Virus record (IMG/VR): IMGVR_UViG_2711768062_000006
Length of the DNA stretch: 11,449 bases
Direction: 5' to 3' (one strand)
Origin: a virus
Taxonomy: Duplodnaviria; Heunggongvirae; Uroviricota; Caudoviricetes
Part shown: piece after piece, positions 7,119 to 11,449 of the stretch
Layout: the number at the start of each line of letters is the position of its first letter
Position numbering within the stretch: the first letter of the stretch is position 1
Position numbers and translations under genes: made by a program
The notes under the pieces: generated by a model
Told to the model about the DNA's origin: nothing
The model's database searches: none
The model's input: only the letters and a program-made list of their open reading frames with translations

Positions 7119-7224
7119 CCCTCGCACTCCCCGGAGCCTGCTGAAATTCAAGCTGCGGATCTAAGCGGTCATCGCAACGGTGAATCAGGTGGTTGCCGTA
7201 TCGTTGTGTTGTTGCGATGAACTT

Positions 7225-7253
7225 ATTTAAAACTATAGTTGTTTTATCGTCAA
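7225..7253 (-). promoter_or_regulatory. pL-like leftward promoter with embedded operator half-sites
   Basis: On the minus strand: -35 TTGACG (plus 7248-7253), 17-bp spacer, -10 TTAAAT (plus 7225-7230). The surrounding 35 bp is nearly identical to the pR-like module at 8272-8306 and contains GTTGTT/AACAAC inverted repeats and the palindrome AACTATAGTT (7231-7240). Confidence 0.5.
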
Positions 7254-7390
7254 CAACAAAAGTTGTTTTATTGGTTGTTTTAGATATAACTGGTTGTATT
7301 TAGGATGGATTTATTTTGTGACTTGAATCGCATAGCGATAACTGAAGCGAGGTTATGGTGGTTTTTTTAACGGTGTGTGATGAGGGGAGG

Positions 7391-7419
7391 GCAAAAGAAA
7401 ACCCGGCACGGTGACCGGG
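7391..7419 (-). terminator. Intrinsic terminator after the repressor gene
   Basis: On the minus strand: CCCGG-UCACCGUG-CCGGG hairpin (plus 7402-7419) followed by UUUUCUUUUGC (plus 7391-7401), about 120 nt after the repressor stop. Confidence 0.55.
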
Positions 7420-7540
7420 ATTCTTACGCCGTTAGGTAAAGATATTATTGCGGTGGCTTAATATTACTACCTAGAGCAAAGATAGGAATTAGTTCTTTAC
7501 TGAATGAGCACAATGCCCAGTTGATAATTTTTAATTGGTA

Positions 7541-8230
7541 CTACCCATGCTTCCTATATGTCTGCGGCATGCTCCCAATAACCTTACCGAAGATGAACAC
7601 CCGGTTCATCTCGTCTTTCTCGATCGGGTCCCACGGTGAGTAGCTTTTGTTATCAGAGATGACCAGCAGCTTATCCTTCATCATTTGCAGGCGCTTTACA
7701 TGGGCTGTGTCGTCGTACAGAAACGCATAGATACCATCACCGTCGAAAGATTTAACAGTGATATCAACGAACAGCAGATCACCTGGTTCGATCGTTCCTG
7801 ACATGCTGTCACCACGCACGTTAATGATGCGGATATTTTCCGCCTTCCTACCATCGAACATGTGACGAGCATCGTCAAACGAGTACTCAACCGAGCGTAG
7901 AACTTCTACAAACTCACGGTTGATGACTCCCGGCCCAGCACTGACTTCTATATCAAGAACGTCAATCTTGAAGTATTTGGAATGGCTGACAGTTGATTGT
8001 ATTGGTTGCACTGTACTGTCTGACATATTTCCAATGCCAGAAGATAACCATTCTGCGCGCACACCCAAAGCGTTCGCGATCTCCACGATTTTAGTTGTTT
8101 GGTTAGCTTTCCCTGTTTCGATTTTCTGAATAGCAGCCTGGCTAACCCCAACCAAATCCCCAAGTGCCTTTTGTGTAAGGCCTCGCGCTAATCTGGCTTC
8201 TTTAAGTCTTTCTGAGAGTGTTGTTTTCAT
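7541..8230 (-). CDS. cI: CI-type prophage repressor, N-terminal HTH plus C-terminal S24 (LexA-like) autopeptidase; 229 aa from the MKTT start
   Basis: MKTTLSERLKEARLARGLTQKALGDLVGVSQAAIQKIETG is an XRE-type HTH. Candidate Ala-Gly cleavage site in EVSAGPG, catalytic Ser in GDSMSGT and Lys in VKRLQ. The ORF track starts at 8296, but that ATG lies inside the operator palindrome and pR. The 8230 start would give a leaderless transcript from the pRM-like promoter. Not lambda cI by sequence. Confidence 0.85.
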   Translation of the reverse strand: MKTTLSERLKEARLARGLTQKALGDLVGVSQAAIQKIETGKANQTTKIVEIANALGVRAEWLSSGIGNMSDSTVQPIQSTVSHSKYFKIDVLDIEVSAGPGVINREFVEVLRSVEYSFDDARHMFDGRKAENIRIINVRGDSMSGTIEPGDLLFVDITVKSFDGDGIYAFLYDDTAHVKRLQMMKDKLLVISDNKSYSPWDPIEKDEMNRVFIFGKVIGSMPQTYRKHG

Positions 8231-8236
8231 AGACCA

Positions 8237-8265
8237 AATGTACAACCAAGGTTTTATTTCATCAA
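8237..8265 (-). promoter_or_regulatory. pRM-like promoter for the repressor gene, predicting a leaderless mRNA
   Basis: On the minus strand: -35 TTGATG (plus 8260-8265), 17-bp spacer, -10 TACATT (plus 8237-8242). The predicted start falls at or next to the A of the ATG at 8230. Confidence 0.4.
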
Positions 8266-8271
8266 GCGAAA

Positions 8272-8296
8272 ATGGTTGTTGACTAAAAACAACCAT
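8272..8296. promoter_or_regulatory. Candidate operator: 25-bp perfect-arm palindrome ATGGTTGTT-N7-AACAACCAT overlapping the pR -35
   Basis: The 9-bp arms are exact reverse complements. Related half-sites (TGGTTGT/ACAACCA, GTTGTT/AACAAC) recur at 8242-8248, 8289-8295 and across 7238-7300. Confidence 0.5.
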
Positions 8297-8305
8297 AGTT
8301 TTAAT
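8278..8305 (+). promoter_or_regulatory. pR-like rightward promoter driving cro
   Basis: -35 TTGACT (8278-8283), 16-bp spacer, -10 TTTAAT (8300-8305), then GGAGG (8325-8329) and the cro ATG at 8335. Confidence 0.55.
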
Positions 8306-8334
8306 CTTGGTTCAGATTAACCACGGAGGTTGTT

Positions 8335-8565
8335 ATGAACCCAGCAATCAAAACAGCGATCAATATAGTTGGTTCACAAAAGAAATTGGGCGATGCCTGC
8401 GAAGTTTCACAGCAGGCCGTCTATAAGTGGCTTCACAACAAAGCAAAGGTATCCCCTGAACATGTCGGCAGCATTGTTACGGCTACTGGTGGAGTTGTGA
8501 AGGCGTACCAGATTCGCCCGGATCTTCCGAAGTTGTTTCCACACACCGAAAAGAACGCAGCTTAA
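8335..8565 (+). CDS. cro: Cro-like regulator of the YdaS type, 76 aa
   Basis: First rightward gene after pR with a strong GGAGG RBS. Motifs SQ..L...VSQQAVYKW...V.PE....I..ATGG.V.....RPDL fit my recollection of the YdaS-type Cro family. Not lambda Cro. Confidence 0.8.
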   Translation: MNPAIKTAINIVGSQKKLGDACEVSQQAVYKWLHNKAKVSPEHVGSIVTATGGVVKAYQIRPDLPKLFPHTEKNAA

Positions 8566-8577
8566 ATTTCCATTTCA

Positions 8578-8623
8578 CGCTCTTTAACAATAAGCAATCA
8601 ACTTAACAGACTGATTAACAGTC
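8578..8623 (+). promoter_or_regulatory. nutR-like element: boxA-like CGCTCTTTAACAA plus a boxB-like stem-loop GACTG-ATTAA-CAGTC
   Basis: 12 of the 13 nt (GCTCTTTAACAA) match the boxA consensus as I recall it. The stem-loop 18 nt downstream has a 5-bp stem and 5-nt loop, as in lambda boxB, but a different loop sequence. Position just after cro matches lambda nutR. Confidence 0.45.
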
Positions 8624-8646
8624 AATTCAAACTAAAGGAATCAATT

Positions 8647-8805
8647 ATGCAACCAATTACATACCAACAGACTAGCGGATTTACCCCGACTGCGGTGATA
8701 AATCGTTCTCAAACAAAACAGGCGCCAGGCCACGAAAAAATCCGTGATGCCGTTCGGCCTGGTCGGCTGCAGATAATCAGGATGTTGTTGCCGCACTCAT
8801 TGTGA
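8647..8805 (+). CDS. Small ORF, 52 aa, with a strong RBS; either a real small protein or the frameshifted 5' part of the following gene
   Basis: AAGGAA (8635-8640) 6 nt before ATG 8647. MQPITYQQTSGFTPTAVINRSQTKQAPGHEKIRDAVRPGRLQIIRMLLPHSL. Its TGA stop (8803-8805) overlaps the GTG start of the next ORF as GTGA. No lambda CII similarity. Confidence 0.4.
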   Translation: MQPITYQQTSGFTPTAVINRSQTKQAPGHEKIRDAVRPGRLQIIRMLLPHSL

Positions 8806-9185
8806 ATGAGTATCGGGAGCTGGGCGGCGGCACCATCGATTTCCCTGATGATGTCAGCCGTGCACGCCAGAAGTTGTTCCGCTTCCTCGATAACAAATTC
8901 GATTCTGAAAAATACCGAAATAACCTGCGTGAACTGACCCCGGCAATTCTGGCGGTACTACCGCTGGAATATCGCGGCCACCTGGTTGAGCAGGATAGCT
9001 TCATGGCTCGGCTGGTTGAAATGGAAAAGGAACTCAGTGAGGCAAAGCAGGCGGTCATTCTCAACGCACCACGCCACCAGAAACTGAAGGAAATGAGTGA
9101 AGGTATTGTGTCGATGTTTCGCGTGGACCCGGATCTGGCTGGTCCATTAATGGCGATGGTTACCACCATGCTGGGGGCAATATGA
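8802..9185 (+). CDS. Hypothetical protein, 127 aa from a GTG start, at the cII position; possibly a YdaT-like CII-equivalent, possibly N-terminally truncated
   Basis: GTG start with no Shine-Dalgarno of its own. The frame is open and coding-like for 18 codons upstream with no start codon. Motifs EYRELGGG and LTPAILAVLP resemble what I recall of E. coli YdaT; this recollection is unverified. Confidence 0.5.
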   Translation: MNEYRELGGGTIDFPDDVSRARQKLFRFLDNKFDSEKYRNNLRELTPAILAVLPLEYRGHLVEQDSFMARLVEMEKELSEAKQAVILNAPRHQKLKEMSEGIVSMFRVDPDLAGPLMAMVTTMLGAI

Positions 9186-9271
9186 CAGGTTCAGAAATGG
9201 CGAAAGTCGGTCTGCGGGAACAGAACCGACTTTCAGGTGCAAATCGTAACGCACTCATTACGGGAGGAATT

Positions 9272-10201
9272 ATGGCAAACACTGCTGAGATATTCAATTT
9301 TCCAGTGCCGGATGTGGCACAAAAGGAGCCGCGCGTGGCAGATCTCGATGATGGTTATACGCGCATTGCAAATGAGTTGCTGGAAGTTGTAATGCTGGCC
9401 GGATTAACACAGCACCAGCTTCTGGTCTTCCTGGCTGTCATGCGCAAAACATATGGCTTTAATAAAAAACTGGATTGGGTGAGCAACGAGCAACTTTCCG
9501 AGTTAACCGGGATATTGCCGCACAAGTGTTCTGCTGCAAAAAGTGTTCTGGTAAAGCGTGGGATTTTAATTCAGAGCGGGCGGAATATCGGCATCAATAA
9601 TGTGGTCAGTGAATGGTCAACATTACCCGAATCAGGTAAGAAAAATAAAGTTTACCTGAAAGAGGTAAATTTACCTGAATCAGGTAAGAAAAGTTTACCT
9701 AAATCAGGTAAACGCCTTTACCCGAATCAGGTAAACACAAAAGACAAACTAACAAAAGACAATATAAAACCTTTTTCGTCAGAGAATTCTGGCGAATCCT
9801 CTGACCAGCCAGAAAACGATCTTCCTGTGGTGAAACCGGATGCTGCAATTCAGAGCGGCAGCAAGTGGGGGACAGCAGAAGACCTGACCGCCGCAGAGTG
9901 GATGTTTGACATGGTGAAGACCATCGCGCCATCAGCCAGAAAACCGAATTTTGCAGGGTGGGCTAACGATATCCGCCTGATGCGTGAACGTGACGGACGT
10001 AACCACCGCGACATGTGTGTACTGTTCCGCTGGGCATGCCAGGACAACTTCTGGTCCGGTAACGTGCTGAGTCCGGCCAAACTCCGCGACAAGTGGACCC
10101 AGCTCGAAATCAACCGAAACAAGCAACAGGCTGGCGTGACAGCCGGCAAACCAAAACTCGACCTGACGAACACTGACTGGATTTACGGGGTGGAGCTATG
10201 A
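9272..10201 (+). CDS. O: Replication initiator, lambda O-like, 309 aa from the second in-frame ATG; divergent N-terminal domain, lambda-like C-terminal domain
   Basis: GGGAGG precedes ATG 9272 (MANTAEIFNF...), which parallels the lambda O start MTNTAKILNF. The C-terminal ~110 aa (AEDLTAAEWMFDMVKTIAP...TNTDWIYGVEL) match recalled lambda O. The ORF-track start at 9182 gives 339 aa. Overlaps P by 4 nt (ATGA). Confidence 0.85.
   Translation: MANTAEIFNFPVPDVAQKEPRVADLDDGYTRIANELLEVVMLAGLTQHQLLVFLAVMRKTYGFNKKLDWVSNEQLSELTGILPHKCSAAKSVLVKRGILIQSGRNIGINNVVSEWSTLPESGKKNKVYLKEVNLPESGKKSLPKSGKRLYPNQVNTKDKLTKDNIKPFSSENSGESSDQPENDLPVVKPDAAIQSGSKWGTAEDLTAAEWMFDMVKTIAPSARKPNFAGWANDIRLMRERDGRNHRDMCVLFRWACQDNFWSGNVLSPAKLRDKWTQLEINRNKQQAGVTAGKPKLDLTNTDWIYGVEL
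9623..9734. repeat. Replication-origin iterons: five 17-bp palindromic repeats TTACC-N7-GGTAA inside the O gene
   Basis: Copies at 9623-9639, 9652-9668, 9671-9687, 9695-9711 and 9718-9734, followed by an A-rich tract (ACACAAAAGACAAACTAACAAAAGACAATATAAAAC). They encode the peptide repeat LPESGKK/LPKSGK in O. Architecture parallels the lambda origin, which lies inside O. Confidence 0.8.
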
Positions 10202-10899
10202 AAAACATCGCCGCACAGATGGTTAACTTTGACCGTGAGCAGATGCGCCGGATCGCCAACAACATGCCGGAACAGTACGACGAAAAGCCGCAGGTACAAC
10301 AGGTAGCGCAGATCATCAATGGTGTGTTCAGCCAGTTACTGGCAACTTTCCCGGCGAGCCTGGCTAACCGGGACCAGAACGAACTGAACGAAATCCGCCG
10401 CCAGTGGGTGCTGGCTTTCCGGGAAAACGGGATCACCACAATGGAACAGGTTAACGCAGGAATGCGCGTAGCCCGTCGGCAGAATCGACCATTCCTGCCA
10501 TCACCCGGGCAGTTTGTTGCCTGGTGCCGGGAAGAAGCATCCGTTAACGCCGGGCTGCCAAACGTCAGCGAGCTGGTTGATATGGTCTATGAGTATTGTC
10601 GGAAGCGTGGCCTGTATCCGGATGCAGAGTCTTATCCGTGGAAATCAAACGCGCACTACTGGCTGGTTACCAACCTGTACCAGAACATGCGGGCCAATGC
10701 GCTTACTGATGCGGAATTACGGCGCAAGGCTGCCGATGAACTGACTTGTATGACCGCGCGAATTAACCGTGGTGAGGCGATACCTGAACCAGTAAAACAA
10801 CTTCCTGTCATGGGCGGTAGACCTCTAAATCGTGCACAGGCTCTGGCGAAGATCGCAGAAATCAAAGCGAAGTTCGGACTGAAAGGAGCAACTGTATGA
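10198..10899 (+). CDS. P: Replication protein P (DnaB helicase loader), 233 aa
   Basis: MKNIAAQMVNFDREQMRRIANNMPEQYDEKPQVQQVAQIINGVFSQLLATFPASLANRDQNE... matches recalled lambda P almost exactly. ATGA overlaps with O upstream and ren downstream. Confidence 0.97.
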   Translation: MKNIAAQMVNFDREQMRRIANNMPEQYDEKPQVQQVAQIINGVFSQLLATFPASLANRDQNELNEIRRQWVLAFRENGITTMEQVNAGMRVARRQNRPFLPSPGQFVAWCREEASVNAGLPNVSELVDMVYEYCRKRGLYPDAESYPWKSNAHYWLVTNLYQNMRANALTDAELRRKAADELTCMTARINRGEAIPEPVKQLPVMGGRPLNRAQALAKIAEIKAKFGLKGATV

Positions 10900-11156
10900 C
10901 GGGCAAAGAGGTAATTATTCATTATCTGGAGACGCACAAGAGCTTCTGTGCGCAGGACGTTGCTGCGGCAACAGGTGTGACAGTAACCTGCATAAATCAG
11001 GCAGCAGCTAAAATGGCGCGGGCAGGAATCCTGGTCATTGATGGTAAGGTCTGGCGAACGGTGTATTACCGGTTCGCTACCAGAGAAGAACGGGAAGGAA
11101 AGGTGAGCACGAACCTGATTTTTAAGGAGTGCCGCCAGAGTGCCGCGATGAAGTGA
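10896..11156 (+). CDS. ren: Ren, C-terminally truncated (85 aa); stop codon supplied by the first bases of the inserted IS element
   Basis: MTGKEVIIHYLETHKSFCAQDVAAATGVTVTCINQAAAKMARAGILVIDGKVWRTVYYRFATREEREGKVSTNLIFKECRQSAAMK matches recalled lambda Ren (96 aa) up to ...SAAMK. The reading frame ends in the TGA at 11154-11156, which is the start of the IS-like sequence. Confidence 0.85.
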   Translation: MTGKEVIIHYLETHKSFCAQDVAAATGVTVTCINQAAAKMARAGILVIDGKVWRTVYYRFATREEREGKVSTNLIFKECRQSAAMK

Positions 11157-11449
11157 TCTTACCCAGCAATAGTGGACACGCGGCTAAGTGAGTAAACTCT
11201 CAGTCAGAGGTGACTCACATGACAAAAACAGTATCAACCAGTAAAAAACCCCGTAAACAGCATTCGCCTGAATTTCGCAGTGAAGCCCTGAAGCTTGCTG
11301 AACGCATCGGTGTTACTGCCGCAGCCCGTGAACTCAGCCTGTATGAATCACAGCTCTACAACTGGCGCAGTAAACAGCAAAATCAGCAGACGTCTTCTGA
11401 ACGTGAACTGGAGATGTCTACCGAGATTGCACGTCTCAAACGCCAGCTG
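11154..11449 (+). mobile_element. IS3-family insertion sequence (IS3-like), left end; continues beyond the window
   Basis: Begins TGATCTTACCCAGCAATAGTGGACACGCGGCTAAGTGAG, which I recall as the IS3 left inverted repeat. An orfA-type transposase gene follows. The boundary is placed where ren homology stops and may be off by a few bases. Confidence 0.8.
11219..11449 (+). CDS. insE: IS3 OrfA transposase subunit, partial (first 77 codons)
   Basis: AGAGG RBS 8 nt before ATG 11219. MTKTVSTSKKPRKQHSPEFRSEALKLAERIGVTAAARELSLYESQLYNWRSKQQNQQTSSERELEMSTEIARLKRQL matches my recollection of IS3 OrfA. No stop inside the window. Confidence 0.85.
   Translation, partial: MTKTVSTSKKPRKQHSPEFRSEALKLAERIGVTAAARELSLYESQLYNWRSKQQNQQTSSERELEMSTEIARLKRQL

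Larger units (their letters stand above)
1331..11153. mobile_element. Lambda-type (lambdoid) prophage, left portion from attL to an IS insertion in ren; mosaic with a non-lambda immunity region
   Basis: attL core plus P' arm, then int, xis, exo, bet, gam, an O-like gene, P and ren in lambda gene order. The repressor, cro and the region after cro are not lambda-like. Confidence 0.9.

Noticed and set aside
6751-7151. Minus-strand ORF 6751-6984 (77 aa) and the TTG-initiated 78-aa version of 6915-7151
   Set aside because: 6751-6984 is out of frame over the RBS-supported 68-aa ORF. The 78-aa version starts at a TTG with no RBS; only the internal GTG start at 7118 with its GGGGAG is kept as a low-confidence feature.
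6950-7220. Search for lambda CIII (MQYAIAGWPV...) and lambda N (MDAQTRRRERR...) coding sequence
   Set aside because: No frame in this interval encodes anything resembling the recalled CIII or full-length N sequences; only the short arginine-rich ORF was found.
7696-8163. ORFs 7696-7890 (-), 7920-8129 (+) and 7948-8163 (-)
   Set aside because: Inside the repressor gene in alternative frames or antisense.
8566-8814. Lambda CII-like protein between cro and O
   Set aside because: Neither the 52-aa nor the 127-aa ORF resembles recalled lambda CII, so none is called.
8777-9169. Minus-strand 130-aa ORF
   Set aside because: Antisense to the 127-aa plus-strand ORF. Ser/Arg-rich low-complexity translation with no RBS.
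9623-9734. Possible CRISPR array from the short repeats
   Set aside because: Repeats are 17-bp palindromes separated by only 2 to 12 bp, sit inside the O coding frame and are followed by an A-rich tract. That is an iteron-type replication origin, not repeat-spacer architecture.
9699-10937. ORFs 9699-9932, 9850-10173, 9932-10126, 10110-10439, 10514-10744 and 10656-10937
   Set aside because: Alternative-frame or antisense ORFs inside the O and P genes.

Overview
This window is the left end of a lambda-type prophage integrated at the E. coli lambda attachment site, read by eye from the sequence and the ORF track, with no database search. Protein identities rest on my recollection of phage lambda and E. 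coli K-12 sequences. Layout: host ybhC (1-1284, minus), attL core GCTTTTTTATACTAA (1331-1345) with the lambda P' arm, then int, xis, a 55-aa ORF, an AT-rich plus-strand insert carrying one 200-aa membrane-protein gene, a TraR-like 73-aa zinc-finger ORF, three small early-left ORFs, exo, bet, a 98-aa gam, and a 68-aa ORF at the kil position. The immunity region is not lambda's: a leftward promoter (pL-like), a CI-type repressor with S24 peptidase motifs, divergent pRM/pR-like promoters around a 25-bp palindromic operator, and a YdaS-type cro. Downstream lie a boxA/boxB-like element, a 52-aa ORF and a 127-aa ORF overlapping in GTGA, a divergent O with five iterons, lambda-like P, and ren cut short by an IS3-like element that runs off the window. 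The most interesting candidate for an undescribed function is the AT-rich membrane-protein gene at 3135-3737. Also notable are the absence of recognisable N, cIII and cII, a possible short N-like ORF with an arginine-rich N-terminus, and the possibly frameshifted gene after cro.
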